Below, piece by piece: positions 1 through 9,594 of a stretch of 64,000 nt of DNA. The notes under the pieces were generated by a model that was not told where the DNA came from, did not search any database, and was given only the letters and a program-made list of their open reading frames with translations. Where the stretch lies: NCBI RefSeq assembly GCF_057098645.1, contig NZ_CM169472.1; one strand, written 5' to 3'. The position numbers were made by a program, and so were the translations under genes. How positions within the stretch are numbered: position 1 is the stretch's first letter; the number at the start of each line of letters is the position of its first letter.

Positions 1-417
1 TTAATCAATAAACAAGGCGGGAGAAATGCCGAATCGCGTTGCCAATTTTTTAGCGTGTTCCAGCGTTAATTTCCTCTTCCCGCTCAAAACGCGTGACACC
101 ATAGATTTACTGCCAATTTCCGGCAGATCGGAAAGGGTTAAACCATATTGATCCATAAGGGTACGAATCACGGCTATACCGCCAGGCATGGCTTGAGCCA
201 TGGCATTAAATTCCGCAAATTCGGGCGCTGATTCTTCCCACGCGGTTATTTTGGCACACACCAGATCCAGTAAGGGGTTTTCAGGATCGTTGAGCAGCAA
301 ATGATCTACCAGTTCCAGCGCCTGGGTGTATTGTTCCTCGTTCTGAATACCCGCCAGAAAAGGTGCCACAGCAGTTAGCTTTTCTCCTGCTTGCAAGATG
401 TCGGCAATCGCAATCAT
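1..417 (-). CDS. higA: HigA antitoxin (XRE-type HTH), intact
   Basis: Complete 138-aa ORF recognised as E. coli HigA; its start overlaps the stop of the higB 3' fragment. Confidence 0.9.
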   Translation of the reverse strand: MIAIADILQAGEKLTAVAPFLAGIQNEEQYTQALELVDHLLLNDPENPLLDLVCAKITAWEESAPEFAEFNAMAQAMPGGIAVIRTLMDQYGLTLSDLPEIGSKSMVSRVLSGKRKLTLEHAKKLATRFGISPALFID

Positions 418-653
418 TTTTTCCCCTTAGTACGATGAACAGCGGTAAAGAAATCGTATTCTTTATGCGTCATAACTTCACGTATGTAGCACTTTTGCGA
501 TTCAAAAAAGACCATTGCTACAACACGTAATTCATTGCCCCCAACATTGAAAACATAATGCTTATCCAGATATTTGAAGTTATCCAGAGATGGGAATACT
601 GCTTTTAATGACTCAGGTTTTTTGAAATATCCCTTAGCAATCGTGTTCCCTAG
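414..653 (-). pseudogene. higB: higB toxin, 3' fragment (about codons 27-104), separated from its 5' end by IS2
   Basis: ORF 414..680 translates to ...LGNTIAKGYFKKPESLKAVFPSLDNFKYLDKHYVFNVGGNELRVVAMVFFESQKCYIREVMTHKEYDFFTAVHRTKGKK, matching the HigB C-terminus; its first 10 codons come from the IS2 end. Confidence 0.85.
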
Positions 654-664
654 TGGATTTGCCC

Positions 665-1570
665 CTATATTTCCAGACATCTGTTATCACTTAACCCATT
701 ACAAGCCCGCTGCCGCAGATATTCCCGTGGCGAGCGATAACCCAGCGCACTATGCGGATGCCATTCGTTATAATGCTCGAACGCCTCTGCAAGGTTCTTT
801 GCTGCCGTTAACCCGTCTGGTTTGGGCATGATACTGATGTAGTCACGCTTTATCGTTTTCACGAAGCTCTCTGCTATTCCGTTACTCTCCGGACTCCGCA
901 CCGCCGTGTTCTTCGGTTCAAGTCCCAACATCCGGGCGAACTGGCGTGTTTCATTAGCCCGGTAGCATGAACCATTATCCGTCAGCCACTCCACTGGAGA
1001 CGACGGAAGATCGTTGCCGAAGCGGCGTTCCACCGCTCCCAGCATGACGTCCTGTACTGTTTCACTGTTGAAGCCGCCGGTAGTCACCGCCCAGTGCAGT
1101 GCCTCACGATCACAGCAGTCCAGCGCGAACGTGACACGCAGTCTCTCTCCGTTATCACAGCAGAACTCGAACCCGTCAGAGCACCATCGCTGATTGCTTT
1201 CTTTCACGGCCACTCTGCCTGTATGTGCCCGTTTCGATGGCGGTACAGCAGGTTTTCGCTCAAGCAACAGCGCATTCTGGCGCATGATCCGGTAAACACG
1301 TTTGGCATTGATCGCAGGCATACCATCAAGTTCTGCCTGTCTGCGAAGCAGCGCCCATACCCGACGATAACCATACGTGGGCAGCTCTCCGATAACATGG
1401 TGTATACGGAGAAGCACATCCGTATCATCAGTGTGACGACTGCGGCGGCCATCCATCCAGTCATCGGTTCGTCTGAGAATGACGTGCAACTGCGCACGCG
1501 ACACCCGGAGACAACGGCTGACTAAGCTTACTCCCCATCCCCGGGCAATAAGGGCGCGTGCGCTATCCAC
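665..1570 (-). CDS. insD: IS2 transposase InsD (OrfB, DDE integrase fold)
   Basis: 301-aa ORF matching IS2 InsD as recalled. Confidence 0.95.
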
Positions 1571-1893
1571 TTTTTTGCCCGTCCATATTCAACGGCTTCT
1601 TTGAGGAGTTCATTTTCCATCGTTTTCTTGCCGAGCAGGCGCTGGAGTTCTTTAATCTGCTTCATGGCGGCAGCAAGTTCAGAGGCAGGAACAACCTGTT
1701 CTCCGGCGGCCACAGCAGTAAGACTTCCTTCCTGGTATTGCTTACGCCAGAGAAATAACTGGCTGGCTGCTACACCATGTTGCCGGGCAACGAGGGAGAC
1801 CGTCATCCCCGGTTCAAAGCTCTGCTGAACAATTGCGATCTTTTCCTGTGTGGTACGCCGTCTGCGTTTCTCCGGCCCTAAGACATCAATCAT
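1528..1893 (-). CDS. insC: IS2 InsC (OrfA, HTH); overlaps insD as expected for -1 frameshift production of an InsCD fusion
   Basis: ORF 1528..1938 contains the 121-aa InsC sequence starting [13 protein letters not shown]; start trimmed to that Met. Confidence 0.9.
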
Positions 1894-1984
1894 CTGTTCT
1901 CCAATGACTAGTCTAAAAACTAGTATTAAGACTATCACTTATTTAAGTGATACTGGTTGTCTGGAGATTCAGGGGGCCAGTCTA

Positions 1985-1989
1985 CCTAG
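1985..1989. repeat. 5-bp target site duplication CCTAG (right copy; left copy at 649..653)
   Basis: Identical pentamer directly abuts both IS2 ends. Confidence 0.9.
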
Positions 1990-2064
1990 AGCCACCAACT
2001 CCGTTTTATGTTGCGGGTATTTTTCCGCAGCATCTTTCAATGCTTTTTGAGTTATCAGGTGCAT
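1985..2064 (-). pseudogene. higB: higB toxin, 5' fragment (codons 1-26)
   Basis: Reverse complement reads ATG CAC CTG ATA ACT CAA AAA GCA TTG AAA GAT GCT GCG GAA AAA TAC CCG CAA CAT AAA ACG GAG TTG GTG GCT CTA GG = MHLITQKALKDAAEKYPQHKTELVAL, the HigB N-terminus. Confidence 0.85.
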
Positions 2065-2130
2065 TCTTCATCACGTCCGTTGACAAATTGGCAATATGAT
2101 AACATCCGTTGACAGATTGGCAACGGATGA
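2065..2130 (-). promoter_or_regulatory. higBA promoter/operator region with two related palindromes (ccgttgacaaattggcaa; ccgttgacagattggcaacgg)
   Basis: Inverted repeats directly upstream of the higB start codon; now separated from higA by IS2. Confidence 0.5.
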
Positions 2131-2246
2131 ATTTATCTGTGTGACGGAAGAATAAACGTAGAAAAACGCTAAACAAGAGAATGTAGAGGATGGTGACAGG
2201 GATTTTTTGTTTTATGGAAGCGCGATTCCAGAACTGGGCAGACATT

Positions 2247-2334
2247 GCCGGATGCGACGCTTGACGCGTCTTATCCGGCCTGGGAGTAACGTGCTGAACG
2301 TAGGCCGGATAAGGCGTTCACGCCGCATCCGGCA
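2247..2334. repeat. REP/BIME palindromic unit pair
   Basis: gccggatgcgacgc..gcgtcttatccggcc and taggccggataaggcg..gccgcatccggca motifs. Confidence 0.7.
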
Positions 2335-2348
2335 GGTTGTTCTCAACC

Positions 2349-3485
2349 TTATCGACGACGCCCGAGCTTCACCGCTTTCAGCACCACAAATTTATTATTC
2401 GTCGCAATAGTGGTGCAGTTGCCGAAAATCTTCTTCAGTTTATGGAAGTAATTCAGGTGACGGTTGGCAACGATATACAGTTCGCCGTTGATTTTCAGGC
2501 AGCGGCGGGCGTGGTGGAACATCTCCCAGGCGACGTTATCGGTCAGCGCATGTTGCTGATGAAACGGCGGGTTGCAGAGCATAGCATTAAAGCGGAAAGG
2601 CTCCACGCCGGAGAGCGCGTTGTTGATCATAAATTCGCAGCGATCCAACGCCTCTGGCATGTTGGTTTCAACGTTCAAACGGCTGGAAGCAACCGCCATC
2701 GGCGATTCATCGACAAACACCACTTTCGCCTGCGGGTTTTTATCAAGCAGCGTCAGACCAATAACGCCATTACCGCAACCGAGATCGACAATCTCCCCTT
2801 CGAGATTCTCTGGCAGATGCTGTATAAAGAAGCGCGCGCCGATATCAAGCCCGGTGCGGGAGAAGACATTCGCATGGTTGTGGATAGTCCAGTCAGTACC
2901 TTCCAGCTTCCAGCTAACGGTCTGCGGCGCATCGGCCAGCGGCGGTTCATTGAAAGTGCAATTAATCAGGCGCGCTTTTTTCCATGCCAGCGTGGTGGTG
3001 GTCGTACCGAGTACTTTTTCGAACAGTTCCAGCGTGGAAGTGTGAATGTCACGGGCTTTGGCACCGGCAATAATACGTGTATCCGACGTGACCACTTTGC
3101 GCAGCGCACGCAGTTGCTGTTCCAGCAATGCCAGTGTTTTCGGCACTTTGATCAGCACAACACCCGGCTGTTGCGGGTAGTCGGCGGTGCTGTCGAGAAA
3201 CTTCACGCTCGACTCATCAATCCCGTTGAGGCGTAAATTCTCGCGCGTCGCCAGTTCACTGATGTATGAGTCGCCAATGCTGTACGGCTTATGTTCCGCC
3301 AGCGCGCAGCTTAACGCACCAAAGGCATCATTCAGGATCAACACCGGGCCGCGGATTTCTGTGTCGTCCAACTGTTGCAGCAAATATTCATCCGCCGCTT
3401 CCCACGCCTGTAGCGGGTTAACGTCATCCGTCGCCGGAAAACGTTGTAGTGTCAGTGAACGGAAACCGTTGTCTAAGTGGCTCAT
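2349..3485 (-). CDS. rlmG: 23S rRNA (guanine1835-N2)-methyltransferase RlmG
   Basis: ORF 2349..3515; start trimmed to [11 protein letters not shown].. (378 aa); tandem methyltransferase domains. Confidence 0.9.
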   Translation of the reverse strand: MSHLDNGFRSLTLQRFPATDDVNPLQAWEAADEYLLQQLDDTEIRGPVLILNDAFGALSCALAEHKPYSIGDSYISELATRENLRLNGIDESSVKFLDSTADYPQQPGVVLIKVPKTLALLEQQLRALRKVVTSDTRIIAGAKARDIHTSTLELFEKVLGTTTTTLAWKKARLINCTFNEPPLADAPQTVSWKLEGTDWTIHNHANVFSRTGLDIGARFFIQHLPENLEGEIVDLGCGNGVIGLTLLDKNPQAKVVFVDESPMAVASSRLNVETNMPEALDRCEFMINNALSGVEPFRFNAMLCNPPFHQQHALTDNVAWEMFHHARRCLKINGELYIVANRHLNYFHKLKKIFGNCTTIATNNKFVVLKAVKLGRRR

Positions 3486-3569
3486 CGGCCCTCCTGAATG
3501 ATAAAATTTCGACATTGCCCCTGAAAAGGGTGCGTGAGTATACCCTTTTTCTCTTTTTCGTGGGCGGTT

Positions 3570-4073
3570 ATGAGCAATCTTACTTATCTTCAGGGTTATC
3601 CCGAGCAGCTACTTTCCCAGGTGCGAACACTGATTAACGAACAGCGTCTGGGCGATGTGCTGGCAAAACGCTATCCGGGAACACACGACTACGCCACCGA
3701 TAAAGCCCTCTGGCAATATACTCAGGATCTGAAAAATCAGTTTCTGCGTAATGCCCCGCCGATCAATAAAGTGATGTATGACAATAAGATCCATGTGCTA
3801 AAAAACGCGCTCGGGTTACATACCGCTGTTTCGCGTGTGCAGGGCGGCAAGCTGAAAGCAAAAGCAGAGATCCGCGTCGCTACCGTGTTTCGCAACGCGC
3901 CGGAACCGTTTTTGCGCATGATCGTGGTGCACGAGCTGGCGCACCTGAAGGAGAAAGAGCATAACAAAGCGTTTTACCAGTTGTGCTGTCATATGGAACC
4001 CCAGTACCACCAGCTTGAGTTCGACACCCGACTGTGGCTAACCCAGTTGTCGCTTGGGCAGGACAAAATCTGA
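3570..4073 (+). CDS. ygjP: YgjP, predicted metal-dependent hydrolase (HExxH motif seen: VVHELAHL)
   Basis: ORF 3534..4073 trimmed to [10 protein letters not shown].. (167 aa). Confidence 0.85.
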   Translation: MSNLTYLQGYPEQLLSQVRTLINEQRLGDVLAKRYPGTHDYATDKALWQYTQDLKNQFLRNAPPINKVMYDNKIHVLKNALGLHTAVSRVQGGKLKAKAEIRVATVFRNAPEPFLRMIVVHELAHLKEKEHNKAFYQLCCHMEPQYHQLEFDTRLWLTQLSLGQDKI

Positions 4074-4149
4074 AAATGATGTCAGGCGTTATCTTTTCTT
4101 TCTTTAGCGCCTAAAATCGACCTCCCCCCTTTCGTTAAGGATAACGACC

Positions 4150-4842
4150 ATGCTGCGCGCATTTGCCCGCCTTCTTCTCCGTATTTGTTTTTCTCGCCGG
4201 ACTCTAAAGATTGCCTGCTTACTGTTACTTGTGGCAGGAGCGACCATTTTTATCGCCGATCGCGTAATGGTCAACGCCAGCAAACAGCTGACCTGGAGCG
4301 ACGTCAACGTCGTTCCGGCGCGTAACGTGGGCTTATTGCTGGGGGCCAGGCCGGGTAATCGCTACTTTACCCGACGTATTGATACCGCAGCAGAGTTGTA
4401 CCACGCCGGAAAAGTGAAATGGCTGTTAGTCAGTGGCGATAACGGACGTAAAAATTACGATGAAGCATCAGGTATGCAGCAGGCTTTGATCGCTAAAGGC
4501 GTACCGGCGAAAGTGATCTTCTGCGACTATGCCGGTTTCTCAACGCTTGATTCGGTAGTGCGTGCCAAAAAGGTGTTTGGGGAAAACCATATCACTATTA
4601 TTTCGCAAGAATTTCATAACCAACGCGCCATCTGGCTGGCAAAACAATACGGCATCGATGCTATCGGGTTTAACGCACCAGACCTGAATATGAAGCACGG
4701 TTTTTATACTCAGTTACGGGAGAAACTCGCCAGAATCAGCGCGGTGATTGACGCGAAAATCTTCCATCGTCAGCCAAAATATCTCGGGCCGTCGGTCATT
4801 ATTGGTCCGTTTAGTGAGCATGGTTTTCCAGCGCAGAAATAA
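4150..4842 (+). CDS. ygjQ: YgjQ, DUF218/ElyC-family membrane-anchored protein
   Basis: 230-aa ORF with N-terminal TM segment. Confidence 0.85.
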   Translation: MLRAFARLLLRICFSRRTLKIACLLLLVAGATIFIADRVMVNASKQLTWSDVNVVPARNVGLLLGARPGNRYFTRRIDTAAELYHAGKVKWLLVSGDNGRKNYDEASGMQQALIAKGVPAKVIFCDYAGFSTLDSVVRAKKVFGENHITIISQEFHNQRAIWLAKQYGIDAIGFNAPDLNMKHGFYTQLREKLARISAVIDAKIFHRQPKYLGPSVIIGPFSEHGFPAQK

Positions 4843-4920
4843 TGCGTATCCGCGCACGTCGAAGATGAAAAAGGCGTGCTACATTGACGGCAGAATCCCT
4901 TTATGGAGTATCCACGCGTT

Positions 4921-5907
4921 ATGATACGTTTCGCTGTGATTGGTACGAACTGGATCACTCGCCAGTTCGTCGAGGCCGCCCATGAGAGCGGTAAATACAA
5001 GTTAACCGCCGTTTATTCCCGCAGCCTTGAACAGGCCCAGCATTTCGCCAATGATTTTTCTGTCGAGCATCTGTTTACGTCGCTGGAAGCGATGGCGGAA
5101 AGCGATGCCATTGACGCGGTGTATATTGCCAGCCCGAATGCCCTGCACTTTTCCCAGACACAACTTTTCTTTAGCCACAAAATTCATGTGATTTGCGAGA
5201 AACCACTGGCGTCGAATCTGGCGGAAGTGGATGCCGCCATTGCCTGTGCGCGGGAAAATCAGGTGGTGCTGTTTGAGGCATTTAAAACCGCCAGCCTGCC
5301 GAACTTTCATTTGTTGCGCCAGGCGCTGCCGAAAGTCGGCAAACTGCGGAAAGTTTTTTTCAACTATTGCCAGTATTCCTCGCGGTATCAACGTTACCTG
5401 GACGGTGAGAATCCCAACACCTTTAATCCGGCATTCTCTAACGGTTCAATTATGGATATCGGCTTTTACTGCCTGGCGTCGGCGGTGGCGTTATTTGGTG
5501 AGCCGAAAAGCGTGCAGGCAACCGCCAGTTTGCTGGCAAGCGGCGTAGATGCCCACGGCGTGGTGGTAATGAATTACGGTGATTTCAGCGTTACGTTGCA
5601 GCACTCAAAAGTCAGTGATTCTGTCCTGGCAAGCGAAATTCAGGGCGAAGCGGGATCGCTGGTGATTGAAAAACTGTCTGAATGCCAGAAAGTATGCTTT
5701 GTGCCGCGTGGCAGCCAGATGCAGGATCTCACCCAGCCGCAGCATATTAATACCATGCTCTACGAAGCAGAGCTGTTCGCTACCCTGGTGGATGAGCATC
5801 TGGTGGATCATCCGGGACTGGCGGTCAGTCGCATCACCGCCAAATTGCTGACAGAGATCCGCCGCCAGACAGGGGTGATTTTTCCGGCAGATAGCGTAAA
5901 ACAATAA
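4921..5907 (+). CDS. ygjR: YgjR, Gfo/Idh/MocA-family NAD(P)-dependent oxidoreductase
   Basis: ORF 4903..5907 trimmed to MIRFAVIGTNWI.. (328 aa); Rossmann GxGxxG-like N-terminus. Confidence 0.85.
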   Translation: MIRFAVIGTNWITRQFVEAAHESGKYKLTAVYSRSLEQAQHFANDFSVEHLFTSLEAMAESDAIDAVYIASPNALHFSQTQLFFSHKIHVICEKPLASNLAEVDAAIACARENQVVLFEAFKTASLPNFHLLRQALPKVGKLRKVFFNYCQYSSRYQRYLDGENPNTFNPAFSNGSIMDIGFYCLASAVALFGEPKSVQATASLLASGVDAHGVVVMNYGDFSVTLQHSKVSDSVLASEIQGEAGSLVIEKLSECQKVCFVPRGSQMQDLTQPQHINTMLYEAELFATLVDEHLVDHPGLAVSRITAKLLTEIRRQTGVIFPADSVKQ

Positions 5908-5934
5908 TTGTTACCGTAAAGCAGTGTAAAAGGC

Positions 5935-6190
5935 ATGTAACAGACCATTGACTGGGTGAATGGTCTGTCATACTTTGTTACCTGCAAAGGGGAGTAACTT
6001 CATTGCCGGTCGATCGTCATTACGATGTGTGAAAAATCACATCCGGTCACCGGGCAACCCGAAAGGAATACGCAGACGTATTCCTTTTTTGTTGTAAGTG
6101 AGACCTTGCCGGAAGGCGAGGTCTATGCATAAAAAGCAGCGGCTGACGTCTTCCGACGTTGGCCGTTTTTTTTATGTGTAAGGAACTTCT
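5935..6190 (+). promoter_or_regulatory. alx 5' leader (pH/Mn-responsive element, yybP-ykoY-type riboswitch; the SraF sRNA region in K-12)
   Basis: About 280 bp non-coding leader upstream of alx, ending in a hairpin plus T8 run and RBS aaggaa; identity from recollection of the K-12 locus. Confidence 0.6.
6138..6173 (+). terminator. Leader intrinsic terminator/attenuator hairpin followed by T8
   Basis: gcagcggctgacgtcttccgacgttggccg followed by tttttttt, 18 bp before the alx ATG. Confidence 0.55.
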
Positions 6191-7156
6191 ATGAATACTG
6201 TCGGCACGCCGTTGCTATGGGGCGGATTCGCTGTTGTTGTCGCCATTATGCTGGCTATCGACCTGTTGTTGCAGGGGCGTCGTGGGGCACATGCCATGAC
6301 CATGAAACAGGCTGCGGCCTGGTCGCTGGTCTGGGTGACGCTGTCGTTACTGTTTAACGCCGCTTTCTGGTGGTATCTGGTGCAAACCGAAGGTCGCGCC
6401 GTTGCCGATCCACAGGCACTGGCCTTTCTCACGGGTTATCTGATTGAGAAATCGCTGGCGGTCGATAACGTCTTTGTCTGGCTGATGTTGTTCAGCTATT
6501 TCTCCGTTCCGGCGGCATTACAACGTCGCGTGCTGGTGTATGGCGTGCTCGGGGCGATTGTTCTGCGTACCATCATGATCTTCACAGGCAGCTGGCTGAT
6601 TTCGCAGTTCGACTGGATCCTGTATATCTTCGGTGCCTTCCTGCTGTTTACCGGCGTGAAGATGGCGCTGGCCCATGAAGATGAATCAGGCATTGGCGAC
6701 AAGCCGCTGGTGCGCTGGCTACGCGGTCATTTGCGCATGACCGACACCATCGACAACGAGCATTTCTTTGTGCGTAAGAATGGATTGCTGTACGCCACAC
6801 CGCTGATGCTGGTACTGATTCTGGTGGAATTGAGCGACGTGATTTTTGCCGTGGATAGCATTCCGGCTATCTTCGCCGTGACCACTGACCCGTTCATTGT
6901 GCTGACCTCAAACCTGTTTGCGATCCTCGGCCTGCGTGCGATGTATTTCCTGCTGGCGGGCGTAGCAGAGCGTTTCTCGATGCTCAAATATGGCCTGGCG
7001 GTGATTCTGGTATTTATCGGTATCAAGATGCTGATTGTCGACTTCTACCATATTCCGATCGCCGTCTCGCTGGGCGTGGTGTTTGGCATCCTGGTGATGA
7101 CGTTTATTATCAACGCCTGGGTGAATTATCGGCATGATAAGCAGCGGGGAGAATGA
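6191..7156 (+). CDS. alx: Alx, TerC-family inner membrane protein (putative Mn exporter)
   Basis: 321-aa multi-TM ORF matching Alx/YgjT. Confidence 0.9.
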   Translation: MNTVGTPLLWGGFAVVVAIMLAIDLLLQGRRGAHAMTMKQAAAWSLVWVTLSLLFNAAFWWYLVQTEGRAVADPQALAFLTGYLIEKSLAVDNVFVWLMLFSYFSVPAALQRRVLVYGVLGAIVLRTIMIFTGSWLISQFDWILYIFGAFLLFTGVKMALAHEDESGIGDKPLVRWLRGHLRMTDTIDNEHFFVRKNGLLYATPLMLVLILVELSDVIFAVDSIPAIFAVTTDPFIVLTSNLFAILGLRAMYFLLAGVAERFSMLKYGLAVILVFIGIKMLIVDFYHIPIAVSLGVVFGILVMTFIINAWVNYRHDKQRGE

Positions 7157-7261
7157 TCCGCTGTATATTAAGCCATTACTAGAGATAACTCATTCCAGAC
7201 AAAGGTGAGCTATTAATTATGTAATCGGCTTATAGCTCTTTACAAAAAGACCGCACGGGTG

Positions 7262-7458
7262 TTGGTGGCGTCAAAATCGCCGAAGCGTTCCCTTGCGCCC
7301 GAACCGGTAGCCGCAAGGGATAAGCTGAGGGAACCGCGCAGCGGCGATTTTGTTCGCCAGAGCCTGGGGGTGCAGGGGGCGGCGGCGATTGGCCGTCCCC
7401 TGCGCGCTCCTTGCGCCAGTGACTTTATATGGCATAGCACATTAAAGGAGCGCAACCG
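7262..7458. repeat. GC-rich nested-palindrome element in the alx-sstT intergenic region (possibly a boxC-like repeat)
   Basis: Arms ggcgtcaaaatcgccg (7267..7282) and cggcgattttgttcgcc (7342..7358); inner cccttgcg (7290..7297) and cgcaaggg (7312..7319); embedded in AT-rich flanks. Confidence 0.4.
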
Positions 7459-7711
7459 TTCTCATATTCCAAATAGTTTTGCCCATATGTTATCTAATCA
7501 GCCTTAGTAGCCAGTCCTTCCCTCTGTTTATGTCAAATAAATGTAACCATTAAGTTGCAAAACATGAGCTCTCTTTAAAATCCAGCATTTTTCGCTTCCC
7601 GAAGCTGTAACTTTCCTTATACTCGACCTTGCAAACACTTTGTTACATCCTGAAAGATGCGTCGACAGAACGCACCAGGGATGTGCGACAACACAATGAA
7701 AGGATCGAAAA

Positions 7712-8956
7712 ATGACTACGCAACGTTCACCGGGGCTATTCCGGCGTCTGGCTCATGGCAGCCTGGTAAAACAAATCCTGGTCGGCCTTGTTCTGGGGAT
7801 TCTTCTGGCATGGATCTCAAAACCCGCGGCGGAAGCTGTTGGTCTGTTAGGTACTTTGTTCGTCGGCGCACTGAAAGCTGTTGCCCCCATCCTGGTGTTG
7901 ATGCTGGTAATGGCATCTATTGCTAACCACCAGCACGGGCAGAAAACCAATATCCGTCCTATTTTGTTCCTCTATCTGCTGGGCACCTTCTCTGCAGCTC
8001 TGGCCGCAGTAGTCTTCAGCTTTGCCTTCCCTTCTACCCTGCACCTGTCCAGTAGCGCGGGTGATATTTCGCCGCCGTCAGGCATTGTCGAAGTGATGCG
8101 TGGACTGGTAATGAGCATGGTTTCCAACCCCATTGACGCGCTGCTGAAAGGTAACTACATCGGGATCCTGGTGTGGGCAATTGGCCTCGGTTTCGCACTG
8201 CGTCACGGTAACGAAACCACCAAAAACCTGGTCAACGATATGTCGAATGCCGTCACCTTTATGGTGAAACTGGTCATTCGCTTCGCACCGATCGGTATTT
8301 TTGGGCTGGTTTCTTCTACCCTGGCAACCACCGGTTTCTCCACACTGTGGGGCTACGCGCAACTGCTGGTCGTGCTGGTGGGCTGTATGTTACTGGTGGC
8401 GCTGGTGGTTAACCCATTGCTGGTGTGGTGGAAAATTCGTCGTAACCCGTTCCCGTTGGTGCTGCTGTGCCTGCGCGAAAGCGGCGTGTATGCCTTCTTC
8501 ACCCGCAGCTCTGCAGCTAACATTCCGGTGAATATGGCGCTGTGTGAAAAGCTGAATCTGGATCGCGATACCTATTCCGTTTCTATTCCGCTGGGTGCCA
8601 CCATCAATATGGCGGGCGCAGCAATCACCATTACCGTGTTGACGCTGGCTGCGGTTAATACGCTGGGTATTCCGGTCGATCTGCCCACAGCGCTGCTGTT
8701 GAGCGTAGTGGCTTCTCTGTGTGCCTGTGGCGCATCCGGCGTGGCGGGGGGGTCTCTGCTGCTGATCCCACTGGCCTGTAATATGTTCGGTATTTCGAAC
8801 GATATCGCCATGCAGGTGGTTGCCGTCGGCTTTATCATCGGCGTATTGCAGGACTCTTGCGAAACCGCGCTGAACTCTTCAACTGACGTGCTATTCACTG
8901 CGGCAGCTTGCCAGGCAGAAGACGATCGTCTGGCAAATAGCGCCCTGCGTAATTAA
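7712..8956 (+). CDS. sstT: Serine/threonine:Na+ symporter SstT
   Basis: 414-aa ORF matching SstT. Confidence 0.95.
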   Translation: MTTQRSPGLFRRLAHGSLVKQILVGLVLGILLAWISKPAAEAVGLLGTLFVGALKAVAPILVLMLVMASIANHQHGQKTNIRPILFLYLLGTFSAALAAVVFSFAFPSTLHLSSSAGDISPPSGIVEVMRGLVMSMVSNPIDALLKGNYIGILVWAIGLGFALRHGNETTKNLVNDMSNAVTFMVKLVIRFAPIGIFGLVSSTLATTGFSTLWGYAQLLVVLVGCMLLVALVVNPLLVWWKIRRNPFPLVLLCLRESGVYAFFTRSSAANIPVNMALCEKLNLDRDTYSVSIPLGATINMAGAAITITVLTLAAVNTLGIPVDLPTALLLSVVASLCACGASGVAGGSLLLIPLACNMFGISNDIAMQVVAVGFIIGVLQDSCETALNSSTDVLFTAAACQAEDDRLANSALRN

Positions 8957-8960
8957 TTGT

Positions 8961-9512
8961 TTAACCCCTTTCGTCTATGGCGGGAGGGGTTTTCTCTACT
9001 TTAAACGGATCAATTCCCCTTTTCTGCATCCGCCAGAAACGAATGATATTCAGGCCATTCATAAGCAGAAAACTACCCTCAATCATCGTGCCGCCTATCG
9101 ACCCCGCCCAGAAGTTGTGAATCACCCAGCAACACGTTGAAAACCACATCACGCAGCGCATGGTGAGCCCTTTACAGCGGAACAGCGCCCAGGTACTGAC
9201 AATCGTACCGATAACCGGCAATAGTTCGACAGGATGATGGAACTTCGCGAGGCCAATTCCGCCAGTCAGCACAATAAAAATCGCCATTACCCATAAGCTG
9301 CGCGTGCGTAAGGTAATCAATGTACGAATGGCATTAAGGATGGCACTGGCACCAGCGGGATAGGTGCCCAGAAGAAAAAAATGTACGCCAATAACGGCGC
9401 TATAGACCGAAAGCTGCTTTTTGAAGCGACGTTCGTCACGATTGAAAAATGTTGTGATACCAATCAGAAAGGCGATGACACCCACGCCCTGGGCCAGCCA
9501 ATACGCGGTCAT
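8961..9512 (-). CDS. ygjV: YgjV, inner membrane protein
   Basis: 183-aa ORF, multi-TM. Confidence 0.85.
   Translation of the reverse strand: MTAYWLAQGVGVIAFLIGITTFFNRDERRFKKQLSVYSAVIGVHFFLLGTYPAGASAILNAIRTLITLRTRSLWVMAIFIVLTGGIGLAKFHHPVELLPVIGTIVSTWALFRCKGLTMRCVMWFSTCCWVIHNFWAGSIGGTMIEGSFLLMNGLNIIRFWRMQKRGIDPFKVEKTPPAIDERG
8963..8996 (+). terminator. Hairpin aacccct..aggggtt plus T-rich tail after sstT (overlaps the ygjV 3' end)
   Basis: Inverted repeat followed by ttttctct. Confidence 0.4.
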
Positions 9513-9594
9513 GATAAATCCTTAGCAGGTATGGAAAAGCAAACGGCGCTTCACATTATGAAACGCCGTTTTTTATTAACAACTCATTTCGACT

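Larger units (their letters stand above)
654..1984 (-). mobile_element. IS2 insertion sequence, 1331 bp, complete, with terminal inverted repeats
   Basis: Ends read tggatttgcccctatatttccagacatctg (654..) and ..ggagattcagggggccagtcta (..1984), which I recognise as the IS2 termini; contains insC and insD; flanked by CCTAG direct repeats at 649..653 and 1985..1989. Confidence 0.95.

Noticed and set aside
414-680. 88-aa ORF as a functional HigB toxin
   Set aside because: It lacks the N-terminal 26 residues of HigB and begins inside the IS2 terminal repeat with a weak RBS; reported as a chimeric remnant, not a functional toxin gene.
2337-3236. 299-aa plus-strand ORF inside rlmG
   Set aside because: Lies entirely antisense to the well-supported rlmG gene; long antisense ORFs are expected by chance in GC-rich coding DNA and it has no recognisable domain.
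7240-7507. Two overlapping short ORFs (71 aa minus, 82 aa plus) in the alx-sstT intergenic region
   Set aside because: Both sit on a GC-rich palindromic element, overlap each other on opposite strands and lack RBS context; more likely a structured or repeat element than coding.
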